Counted from the first letter of the stretch, positions 1-8,052 are shown. The stretch is DNA of 47,276 bases from Gammaproteobacteria bacterium (GCA_024224415.1 JAAENK010000343.1:1-47276); one strand, 5' to 3'. Translations and numbers: made by a program. Notes: generated by a model not told the origin, from the sequence alone.

Positions 1-108
1 AAATAACTCCAGAATTATAAACCATTATCGGGGAGGTGATTGCAATACAAGAGATTGGTTTATAGACCATCCCCGTAATAACCTGTCCAGGACCTGAGAA
101 AACAAAAC

Positions 109-1287
109 ATGAATTCACGTGAACGTATAATGACAGCACTCGAGCTGGGAACTCCGGATAGAGTGCCAACATGGGATTGGTTCGATGAGGCGGTAACAAT
201 CGGTGTCGCAGAAATTCTCAACCTGAATGGTCATGGCAAAGTAACGACATTGCGCAAGGGTGATGAGACCGAGCAGGCTATAGATCTTTACTGCCGTGTT
301 GTCGAGGCTCTCGATGTGGATGGAACATCGAGTGTTTATAATACCAGCCTGAAAGCAGTGAATAAGGATTTTGGTAGAGACAAATATGGACGAGGATATA
401 TTCTCAGTGACAATGGCATGCCCGCAATTATCGAGGCTGCGGTCTCCTCGATGCAGGAACTCAATTCCTACGATATGGTTTCCCGCATAGAGGAATCAGA
501 TTTCGATGGTTTGCGCAGGGTTATCGAGCGACTGGGTAATGATCGTGCCCACTGCCTGAACCTGAACGGCCCTTTCCAGGAAGCCTGGAATGTAATGGGG
601 GGTATGGAAAAAACCATGCTCGGATTCATCGAGGCACCCGAACTGGTACATGGGGTGCTTGATGAAGTAACTCGCTTCAACAAGGTGTTAATGGATGAGG
701 CGGTTCAGATCGGGGTTGATTTTTTTATGATCGATGGTGATTTATGCGGCAATGACTATCCGTTAATGTCAGTCGAATACTTTCGCTCATTTATTTTGCC
801 GTATAAAAAACAGATAGTTGATCACGCCCATTCGCTGGGACGCAAAATAGTCAAGCATTCCGATGGTATGGTCTGGTCAATTATGGATGACCTGATCAAA
901 ATCGGATTTGATGGTTTTCATCCAGTGCAACCACAATGTATGGACATGAATACCACCAAGGCATACCTGCATGATCGCCTGTGCGTATTTGGCAATGTAG
1001 ACTGCCTGGACCTTCTGGTATTTGGAAAGCCGGAACAGGTGATAGAGGCTACCCAACAATGCATCTCGGAAGGCTCCCCCGGCGGCGGTCATATACTGTG
1101 TTCTTCCAATTCCCTGCACCCCGGCTGTAAACCGGAAAATGTTATCGCCATGTTCAATACGGTAAAACAATTTGGATCTTACGCGGACATTGCGCTCACC
1201 CCATTGGCCGCGCCTCCACCACCAGATTGTAAGCCAGTCCGTGAGAGACATCGGTCTGGTCGACGTAGGCAACGCAATCTGCAGTAA
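109..1287 (+). CDS. Uroporphyrinogen decarboxylase (URO-D) superfamily protein, MtaA/CmuA-like
   Basis: 392-aa ORF. The N-terminal GTPDRVPTWDWF block and the C-terminal GGGHILCSSNSLHPGCKPENV block resemble the URO-D/methylcobamide methyltransferase family by eye. The last ~35 aa are Pro/Arg-rich and look non-native, so the 3' end is uncertain. Confidence 0.6.
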   Translation: MNSRERIMTALELGTPDRVPTWDWFDEAVTIGVAEILNLNGHGKVTTLRKGDETEQAIDLYCRVVEALDVDGTSSVYNTSLKAVNKDFGRDKYGRGYILSDNGMPAIIEAAVSSMQELNSYDMVSRIEESDFDGLRRVIERLGNDRAHCLNLNGPFQEAWNVMGGMEKTMLGFIEAPELVHGVLDEVTRFNKVLMDEAVQIGVDFFMIDGDLCGNDYPLMSVEYFRSFILPYKKQIVDHAHSLGRKIVKHSDGMVWSIMDDLIKIGFDGFHPVQPQCMDMNTTKAYLHDRLCVFGNVDCLDLLVFGKPEQVIEATQQCISEGSPGGGHILCSSNSLHPGCKPENVIAMFNTVKQFGSYADIALTPLAAPPPPDCKPVRERHRSGRRRQRNLQ

Positions 1288-1321
1288 TCCCACTCGCTTT
1301 GGGATAGATAGTGCTTCGGAG

Positions 1322-1939
1322 TTAGGTTTTTACAATTATATAGCTACCAACACCAAGCATGAAACCTCCAGCAGCTTTTCTGGTTTTATTTTCCAGACCA
1401 CAGCCTTTAGAGATTGAAGCAACTTTTTCTGCCGAAAAGGCATAAAATATTTTAACTCCACCCACAGTAACTATATCGATTAGCATAATTACAAGTATGT
1501 CAATAAAAGTGAGTTCCCCAAGATTTATAAATGCTGGAAACAGGCTAATGTAAAAGAATATAGCTTTAACATCGCCAAGCGTTAAAAATAAACCGGCAAG
1601 AAAACTTGCTACCAAATTTCCTTTCTGACTGCTCGGTTCAACTTTATTCATTGTTGACCTGGAAAAAAGCAGAGTGTAACCAAGCCAAATTAGATAGGCT
1701 GCACCAATGTACTTAATTGCCAGGAACAACCAGCCCATTGTTTCAGCAATTACCGATAAGCCAAAAATTACCAGTACAATAAATATGAGATCCCCCAGAA
1801 TAATACCCAGGGAGACAGAAATACCATTTGGTATGCCATGGGATAAAGATCTAGCAACAACAAGCACAACACTTGAGCTAGGAATTAATGCCCCGATTGC
1901 CATTACTAAAAATAGAGAAATAGTCTCTACAGCACCCAT
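1322..1939 (-). CDS. LysE/RhtB family amino-acid exporter
   Basis: 205-aa ORF that is hydrophobic throughout with about 6 predicted TM segments. Length and N-terminal pattern (IPSSSVVLVVARSLSHG...GIILGDLIF) are typical of LysE-type translocators. The gene is visibly AT-rich. Confidence 0.7.
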   Translation of the reverse strand: MGAVETISLFLVMAIGALIPSSSVVLVVARSLSHGIPNGISVSLGIILGDLIFIVLVIFGLSVIAETMGWLFLAIKYIGAAYLIWLGYTLLFSRSTMNKVEPSSQKGNLVASFLAGLFLTLGDVKAIFFYISLFPAFINLGELTFIDILVIMLIDIVTVGGVKIFYAFSAEKVASISKGCGLENKTRKAAGGFMLGVGSYIIVKT

Positions 1940-2092
1940 AAATTTTGCTCATCCACGTGATACGTCCTTTTATATAATAGCGAAGCTGTAGAAAAAGCCC
2001 GAGGTGGCCGTGATTCTTCACCGCCAAGCTAAGCGGCGTGCGGTGGCGCGCCCTTGCCTGAACTTAATGTTAGTTTCCAGTATTGATACGGC

Positions 2093-2704
2093 TCATTGCA
2101 TCGTGACACTAAGCGATTTGATAAACCGGTCAATTACATCTTCATCAGCAGAGGCAATTTGATAATCAATCTGCGTCATAATGAATAGTCCTGAATCCTT
2201 AATATTATAAGTGTAGAAATATCTTTTAATATCTGATCCCTTGTATTTCGAAGTAACAACTTTTCCACTTAGTAATGTCCCATCTGATAGAGTTGTAGAA
2301 GATGGTCTCGATTCTAACTTATAACCATATTGCCGCTCTTCTTTTGTAACTTCATTAATCATTAAGTCCACCATACTTGAAGGATCTAAGCTTAGGTATT
2401 CCTGAATCAATACGACCGTCCCAAGAGGAGTCATCATAGCGGTCTGAAGTATTCCGTTCCCCAAATCAGATTTAGATGGAGAATATTGTTTAGGATATTC
2501 AAAGGAAAAATTGTCAGTTGTATATGTAAGATTATCCTTTTGCTTTAACTTTGCAGTAACATGGTTATCACCTACTTTAATACGGATTTCCTTATCTAAA
2601 GAAAGCTCATATGAGTCATTACCAATAGTCAAAACATAGTTTTCAGCAAGTGATATTTTCGCTATAGTTAAAAGCAATAAGCTGACCAGAATTCTAATTT
2701 TCAT
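2093..2704 (-). CDS. Secreted hypothetical protein with Sec signal peptide
   Basis: 203-aa ORF. N-terminal MKIRILVSLLLLTIAKISLA/EN looks like an SPase I signal with no lipobox Cys. GAGGA Shine-Dalgarno sits ~7 nt upstream. Very AT-rich, and I recognise no family. Confidence 0.55.
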   Translation of the reverse strand: MKIRILVSLLLLTIAKISLAENYVLTIGNDSYELSLDKEIRIKVGDNHVTAKLKQKDNLTYTTDNFSFEYPKQYSPSKSDLGNGILQTAMMTPLGTVVLIQEYLSLDPSSMVDLMINEVTKEERQYGYKLESRPSSTTLSDGTLLSGKVVTSKYKGSDIKRYFYTYNIKDSGLFIMTQIDYQIASADEDVIDRFIKSLSVTMQ

Positions 2705-2743
2705 ATTTTCCTCTTTGTTCCATTTGTTCTAAACCATGATTTC

Positions 2744-2781
2744 GAAAAACTAACAGCATGATTAACAAAACATGCTGTTAG
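2744..2781 (-). terminator. Rho-independent terminator-like hairpin, read on the minus strand
   Basis: Perfect 11-bp stem CTAACAGCATG (2750-2760) / CATGCTGTTAG (2771-2781) with a 10-nt loop. On the minus strand it is followed by TTTTT (2745-2749). Confidence 0.55.
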
Positions 2782-3046
2782 CTTACCAGTATTTATGTGG
2801 CAAGCAACTGCGTGTCTCTTCACGGGGTTAATTTTCAATTGACCATCTGCCAGCTCAAAGTAATGATTTAAATGATCGTTGAAAAATGATTTTCACCAGT
2901 ATTAAGTCGATTTCAGATGCACAGGCCAGTCAGAGATTAGTTGTGGAAGAGCCGGTCTGAACTTCTACAACTCAGTCCATAACTAATGCGAGCACCTGTT
3001 CCCAGGTACTCGCATTTACTACTTCCATACTCGCCGAGAATGCAGC

Positions 3047-5104
3047 TCAGACGGCTTTAGCTTTCTCGAGCCTGCGTCTCAAAAGCGCCGGTAAAACCAG
3101 CAATAATAACCAGGCATCCATACTCCCAGATCCACTATTATGTGAGGGTCGGTTGGAGTTGAACATGGGTTGCTGGCTATCGGCACGTTTTGAGACTGCA
3201 GGCTGTGTTGTACGCTTCTGTTGCGCCGACTGTTCAATTTCCAGTCGCTTTTTGTTGTTGCGTTTGATTCCCAGAGTATCGAACACTTCGTCTTTTACTA
3301 CTACCATCGATGTATAGTCGGTAACCAGGCTATATTCAGTTGCTATATCGGTTATTGCCTGCCTGATATCGGCATCTTCACCAAAGTCCTGAATTTCTTC
3401 GTTAAGCCTTTCGATAGTGACGTACGCCCAGAGACGCTCCAGTTCCGGATGCCCCTCGTCCAGTGCAGGGAAATCGACGCGAGTGTGATACTCTTTTTTC
3501 TCACCCGAAATTTTTCCTTTCAGCTTCACTTGCGCATCGCCTTCACCAAAGTAATGACCAAACACGATAAGCTGTTGACCGCGGTATAGTGAGCCACTCT
3601 CTTTGGGGGTTATGTCACTCACCCTGGCGCCATCGATGCTAAGTTCCACCCCGTGCAGGGCCTGGTGACTGACTTTACTCGAAGCTTCGAGAATTTTTCC
3701 AATGATATCATCGCTGTTTGAAATACTGCTGGCAAAACCATTTGATTTTCGAGCGATCAGGTTGAGTAAGGGACGGTTAGCACTATTACCCATCATGAAA
3801 GTGAAAAGCCGAATGTCTTTTTTCTCTAACAATTGGATAAACTTGCGCTGTTTTGTTTCACCTACGTTGGCGACACCATCAGTTACCAGAACGATTGCAC
3901 TGGTGCGATCAGCATCGGCGTGGTTTAAGCCTTTTAGCAATCCAGAGTACAGGTTGGTGCTACCACCTGGGTTAACCGAGGCCACCATGTTGCCGTAGTG
4001 GGTAATATTTTCTGGTGTTGCATTGACGTATCCTCGAGTAACTTCGCTGGCGGAATCATTGAAGGTTATGATTCGGAAACGGTCTTCAGCCCGCATCTTG
4101 CCGAGTGCCTGCTGTACACCTTGCACCAGGCTGTCGTATTTGCCAGCCATCGAGCCGGATATATCTAGTACAAATATCCAGTCACTGCCTTCGTGGACAG
4201 GTTTCAAATCGTCTCCTGGTGTAATGGTGAGCATGAATGTACCCCTGGTATCGCCTTCGGCTTTATAGGTGGTGAGGTCGACACTACCCGGTAAACCTGC
4301 CTTGTGACGCCAGTAAACAACAAGGTCTTTATCGAGAGTAAAAACCGGCTGATTCACATTGGCCGGTATTCCCGTCTCTTCATCGATTTCCTGATTTGCA
4401 GAACCTAGCTCCACCTGCCACTCACCCGGGCCAGATTGACTAATGAGCGCCTGGGCCTGATTCGGCATACGCAGCGCATCGACTGGATAGGCTGACCTTA
4501 ATTTCATATTGAAAGAAAATTGCTCCTTAACCGATTCGTTAGCGGTCCAGAACGCCAGTTTCTCTTCATCGACACCACCTTCTTCAAGCGGATACACATA
4601 GCGACCCATGCCAGTATCGACATGTGCGGCTTGCATGTATTGAAAGCGTATGCGGGTTTCCTGTCCGGCGCGTATAGGTGATACGCTTATATCAAAGGTT
4701 TTGTAGTCGTTTTTTTCCGTTAACCCTGCATCACGACCAGCCTGTTTTTCGGTTTCGTATATCTGTCGGGCCTGCTTTTTCTCCAGTACTTCACCGCTTA
4801 CCGGCTTACCGTCTATCCATATCGTAAATTCAGAAACGGTGCCTTTTTCTGGTACCGGGAATGAATAGATAGCTTCCAGATCCTGGGTGTGGGGATTGTA
4901 AAATGATTGATTTACGGTGGTGATGGCATATCCACTTTCGATGACTACTTCAACATTGTGTTTGGCAATTTCCAGGCTACCAAACTGACTATCTTTTGGT
5001 GTGAGCAGCCCTGCTGCATAACTACTGCCGCAAAAAAATAGTACTTGAGCTATGACCAGTAGAGATATGGATGTGATAGTGCGTATTAGTCGTTTCCTGT
5101 TCAT
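3047..5104 (-). CDS. VIT domain + von Willebrand factor A domain surface protein with C-terminal TM/basic sorting tail
   Basis: 685-aa ORF with an N-terminal signal peptide (...CGSSYA/AG). VIT-like region: NVEVVIESGYAITTVNQSFYNP...YSFPVPEKGTVSEFTIWIDGK. vWA MIDAS motif: DWIFVLDISGSMAG ... VLVTDGVANVG. C-terminus: SGSGSMDAWLLLLVLPALLRRRLEKAKAV. Confidence 0.85.
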   Translation of the reverse strand: MNRKRLIRTITSISLLVIAQVLFFCGSSYAAGLLTPKDSQFGSLEIAKHNVEVVIESGYAITTVNQSFYNPHTQDLEAIYSFPVPEKGTVSEFTIWIDGKPVSGEVLEKKQARQIYETEKQAGRDAGLTEKNDYKTFDISVSPIRAGQETRIRFQYMQAAHVDTGMGRYVYPLEEGGVDEEKLAFWTANESVKEQFSFNMKLRSAYPVDALRMPNQAQALISQSGPGEWQVELGSANQEIDEETGIPANVNQPVFTLDKDLVVYWRHKAGLPGSVDLTTYKAEGDTRGTFMLTITPGDDLKPVHEGSDWIFVLDISGSMAGKYDSLVQGVQQALGKMRAEDRFRIITFNDSASEVTRGYVNATPENITHYGNMVASVNPGGSTNLYSGLLKGLNHADADRTSAIVLVTDGVANVGETKQRKFIQLLEKKDIRLFTFMMGNSANRPLLNLIARKSNGFASSISNSDDIIGKILEASSKVSHQALHGVELSIDGARVSDITPKESGSLYRGQQLIVFGHYFGEGDAQVKLKGKISGEKKEYHTRVDFPALDEGHPELERLWAYVTIERLNEEIQDFGEDADIRQAITDIATEYSLVTDYTSMVVVKDEVFDTLGIKRNNKKRLEIEQSAQQKRTTQPAVSKRADSQQPMFNSNRPSHNSGSGSMDAWLLLLVLPALLRRRLEKAKAV

Positions 5105-5177
5105 GTTGGTTTCTCCGGTTGTTAATCCGGGATAGTTTGAAAGGCAAGGTTAATAAAATAAACCTTTTTAAAAAAAG

Positions 5178-5205
5178 GTGACGTAAGATGCTCGATTAGT
5201 ATAAT
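5178..5205 (+). promoter_or_regulatory. Candidate sigma70 promoter for the HTH regulator
   Basis: GTGACG (5178-5183), 16-nt spacer, consensus TATAAT (5200-5205), 32 nt upstream of the ATG at 5237. Confidence 0.4.
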
Positions 5206-5219
5206 AATAATATACTAAT
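5195..5219. promoter_or_regulatory. Perfect 9-bp inverted repeat, candidate operator in a divergent promoter region
   Basis: ATTAGTATA (5195-5203), N7, TATACTAAT (5211-5219). It overlaps the TATAAT hexamer and lies between the divergent VIT-vWA and HTH genes. Confidence 0.5.
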
Positions 5220-5236
5220 TGGGAGTATTTAAGATT

Positions 5237-5977
5237 ATGGCTCAGACACAGGCTTTAATTGAAGTCCTCAAACAATCTCTCAAAACACATCGTCTGACTT
5301 ATGCCGAGATAGCCAGGCATCTCAATATGAGTGAAGCAAATGTAAAGCGCATGTTTGCCAAAAAACGTTTCTCTCTGGACCGACTTGAGCAGGTATGCCA
5401 GCTGATGCAAATGGAAATGAGCGACTTGTTTGCTCTCTATGAAGCATCGCGCCAACGTATTGATAACTTAACCGAACAACAGGAACAGGAATTGGTGGGT
5501 GACGAGAAATTATTGCTGGTTGCGGTCAGCGTACGCAATCAATTGAGCTTTGAAGACATCATCGAGCACTACGAAATATCGACAACCGAATGTATACAAT
5601 ACCTGGCAAAACTGGATCGTTTGAAAATTATCGACCTGTTGCCGAACAACCGTATCAAGCTACGCATCGATAAGCATTTCAGCTGGTTACCGAATGGGCC
5701 TATAGAGCGCTTTTTTGAACGTGAGATCCAGCGGCAATTTCTGAAATCAAGATTCAAAGGGGAATTAGAGCAGCGTCTTTTCCACTTCGGGCTGTTGGGT
5801 GATACCTCTACCCAGATTATGATAGAGAAAATGAAAGCACTCGCTCACGAATTTACAGAGCTACACAAACAGGATCTCGATTTGCCTCTTCACAAGCGTC
5901 ATACCCAGGGCTTGATGCTGGCGATACGCCCCTGGACGCTGGATATTTTTAACCCCCTGGTTAGAAAAACAGACTAA
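5237..5977 (+). CDS. Helix-turn-helix (XRE/Cro-like) transcriptional regulator with uncharacterised C-terminal domain
   Basis: N-terminal LTYAEIARHLNMSEANVKRMFAKKRFSLDRLEQVCQLM is a typical HTH_3-like motif. The ATG at 5237 is preferred over the TTG at 5219 given by the ORF track. Confidence 0.65.
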   Translation: MAQTQALIEVLKQSLKTHRLTYAEIARHLNMSEANVKRMFAKKRFSLDRLEQVCQLMQMEMSDLFALYEASRQRIDNLTEQQEQELVGDEKLLLVAVSVRNQLSFEDIIEHYEISTTECIQYLAKLDRLKIIDLLPNNRIKLRIDKHFSWLPNGPIERFFEREIQRQFLKSRFKGELEQRLFHFGLLGDTSTQIMIEKMKALAHEFTELHKQDLDLPLHKRHTQGLMLAIRPWTLDIFNPLVRKTD

Positions 5978-6046
5978 TTTGTTAGCCCAGTCATACGAAC
6001 AACTAGTATAAAAATATTGCAAAACCGGTAGTCTGTGCGGTGAAGA

Positions 6047-6068
6047 AAGCCCATGCTTTGATGGGCTT
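6047..6068. terminator. Hairpin between convergent genes, possible bidirectional terminator
   Basis: AAGCCCAT (6047-6054), loop GCTTTG, ATGGGCTT (6061-6068). It lies between the stop at 5977 (+) and the stop at 6110 (-). Confidence 0.5.
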
Positions 6069-6109
6069 GCTATTTAACCTTAATCAGGGAATGGGTAGAT
6101 GCCTGGAAA

Positions 6110-7840
6110 TTATTGAGGAATAGTCGATGTAAATGGTTCCGGCTCAGGCTCAGATTTGGGCTGCATGTCGGGAAATGGTTCGGGTGAAGCCATTTTTATC
6201 TTCACCGTTTCCATAAACTCATCGGCCGCTGGCGACGAGGATCCATTGGTTTTGGGTTTGTCTACGGATTGCGGGACAGGCGATGCCATTTTTACCGTTT
6301 CCAGAAATGGTTGAGCCGAATCGACAGCTTTCACTGATTCTGATTTTACCTTGCACGATTCGGCTTGTAGCTCAATATCCAATGCTCTCGGTGCTGATGT
6401 ATTAGCAGGTTTTTTCGGCCTGGGTGCTGTTTCTGTTTCTGTTTTTGCTGCTACTGCTTGCTTTGCTGGCGTGGCGGGTTTGTCCTCTTTCATCGACAGC
6501 GTCGGCAGTGGCGTTTCGGTTTCGACCTTGTCAACCTCCGGTGGGTTTGGATCTAGTTCGGGTATCAGGTCAGCGTTTGGCTGCGGAAAAGGCGCATCCA
6601 CGGCTTCAGGCTTCGGATCTAAAGTAGCCAGCGTTTTCGGCGCTTCTGCAGGCTTTTCTGCTTTTGCTTCTGGCGCAGGTGGCGTTGGTGTTATTGGTGT
6701 CCGGGTGGTAATTTCAATTGCGGGCTTTTCTGCAACGGGCTGCTGGATTGGTGGCTTTTCAACGTGTGGTTTGGCAACCACTTCAAGTGGTGGCTTTTCA
6801 GCTACTTTTGGAGCCGCTGCCTTAACCGGGGCTTCGGCAGCAGGCTTGACGATAGGTTTGGTAACAGGCTTTGTGACCGGTTTAGTTACTGCTGGGGTAA
6901 CTGGTTTCTTTATTGCAATATTTTGTTTGACGGATTTTTCCATGATTAAAGCATCACCGACTACCGGGTTGGAAGCTTTACCGATGTATTTGTCTATCTG
7001 AGGTGGCGGCATCTGGTTTAAGTAACCATCGAGTGCAGGCTTTAAACCAAAAGAATCAGTAGTAATACGCAACTTACGACTCAATGTGTGTAGCATTTGC
7101 AAAACAATCAAACGCACTGGGGCATCGTCTTTACCGACACCAATCAGGCAGTTTTCATTAACAGTATAAGGCGCCGAATTCCGCCAGGCAAAACAACCCT
7201 GAGTAGCGATGACTGCCGGTAATGACTTCATGTCCACGGGTTTGTGGTTTTCCTTACGCTCGCGCATCCAGGCTTCCAGAGTTTCAATCATCATATTCGC
7301 ACTGGTTTTGTAGCCGCTGAAGGCGTATACAAATGATATCGGGCGGCCAATTAGATGAAATCTTGCTGTACGTACTGGGTCTGGATGTACGTACTGTCTG
7401 TTATCGTTGAGCGTAAGCTGGTTTCTGGCAGCAAGGCTGGTCATAACTTTATGATCGATATCTGGATTCAATTCTGCTAATGAGGCACAGGAATCGAGCG
7501 CCTCAAAAAATGTTTTCTTAACCAGCTTGGCGGTTACTTCGAAGGTCGCGATGACGCTTTCGAAAAGATAAATGTCACGACTACCCGGTAGATCGAGGCG
7601 TGGGAAATCTCGCCGGTAGACAATAATATCGATTTTTCCAGACATGTTGCCCTTGCTATCCATGATCTGCCCAGAACCCACCCCGTAGGTTTCGGGCAGG
7701 AATCGATCAAGAACTGAACGAATGAAAGCAGCTCTGGCAGCATTGCCTTCGAGATCATGTTTGGCAAGACTACCAAGCGGATCAGATTCAGATTTCAAAT
7801 ATTTTGAAATAATTTGCGACCAGTCGTCGAAGTTATTCAT
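6110..7840 (-). CDS. DUF6602-like N-terminal domain protein with ~265-aa Pro/Ala/Lys/Glu-rich low-complexity C-terminal tail
   Basis: The ATG at 7840 is preceded by AGGAG with ~10-nt spacing; the track's TTG at 7879 is less likely. Core sequence: GNAARAAFIRSVLDRFLPETYGVGSGQIMDSKGNMSGKIDIIVYRRDFP...FESVIATFEVTAKL. The tail starts near 6910 (KKPVTPAVTKPVTKPVTKPIVKP...). No signal peptide or TM segment. Confidence 0.7.
   Translation of the reverse strand: MNNFDDWSQIISKYLKSESDPLGSLAKHDLEGNAARAAFIRSVLDRFLPETYGVGSGQIMDSKGNMSGKIDIIVYRRDFPRLDLPGSRDIYLFESVIATFEVTAKLVKKTFFEALDSCASLAELNPDIDHKVMTSLAARNQLTLNDNRQYVHPDPVRTARFHLIGRPISFVYAFSGYKTSANMMIETLEAWMRERKENHKPVDMKSLPAVIATQGCFAWRNSAPYTVNENCLIGVGKDDAPVRLIVLQMLHTLSRKLRITTDSFGLKPALDGYLNQMPPPQIDKYIGKASNPVVGDALIMEKSVKQNIAIKKPVTPAVTKPVTKPVTKPIVKPAAEAPVKAAAPKVAEKPPLEVVAKPHVEKPPIQQPVAEKPAIEITTRTPITPTPPAPEAKAEKPAEAPKTLATLDPKPEAVDAPFPQPNADLIPELDPNPPEVDKVETETPLPTLSMKEDKPATPAKQAVAAKTETETAPRPKKPANTSAPRALDIELQAESCKVKSESVKAVDSAQPFLETVKMASPVPQSVDKPKTNGSSSPAADEFMETVKIKMASPEPFPDMQPKSEPEPEPFTSTIPQ
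6855..6908 (-). repeat. Imperfect 12-nt tandem repeat (about 4.5 units) inside the CDS
   Basis: ggtttggtaaca / ggctttgtgacc / ggtttagttact / gctggggtaact / ggtttc... These units encode (K/A)PVT repeats on the minus strand. Confidence 0.7.
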
Positions 7841-7902
7841 GATAATAACCGCTCCTATCACTCCTATGGTGGATGTCAATTTGAGGGCACACAGCCCTGT
7901 TT

Positions 7903-7931
7903 ATCATAGTAGACACTACTGCATTTGCCAA
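7903..7931 (-). promoter_or_regulatory. Candidate sigma70 promoter for the DUF6602-like gene
   Basis: Read on the minus strand: TTGGCA (7931-7926), 17-nt spacer, TATGAT (7908-7903). A small hairpin AGGGC-ACACA-GCCCT (7884-7898) lies in the predicted leader. Confidence 0.45.
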
Positions 7932-8052
7932 CTTATTGCCTCGCTGATTATTGTTGAAAATCAGCAGGTTTGGAGATATCCCTGACAAACTATATTACCG
8001 AGTTTACATCAATATAGCTGCGAGAGTGTAAAATGCGAACTATCTAACAATG

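Noticed and set aside
1990-2065. GC-rich ~70-nt island between two AT-rich same-strand genes, examined as a possible integron attC site or REP element
   Set aside because: There are no RYYYAAC / GTTRRRY core sites at either end. Only short competing 4-6 bp stems (CACCGC/GCGGTG) are present, there is no integrase nearby, and no second copy occurs in the window.
2705-3046. Possible degenerate sortase gene downstream of the VIT-vWA gene
   Set aside because: I translated all three minus-strand frames by eye. Only 18-25-aa stop-riddled peptides result, and none shows a TLxTC or His motif.
6351-7001. 216-aa plus-strand ORF (Gly/Ser/Ala/Phe-rich), plus two smaller ORFs, antisense to the proline-rich tail
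   Set aside because: It is the mirror image of a repetitive Pro/Ala/Lys/Glu coding region. The composition is typical of antisense read-through, with no Shine-Dalgarno or promoter. The minus-strand gene has a strong SD and a recognisable N-terminal domain.
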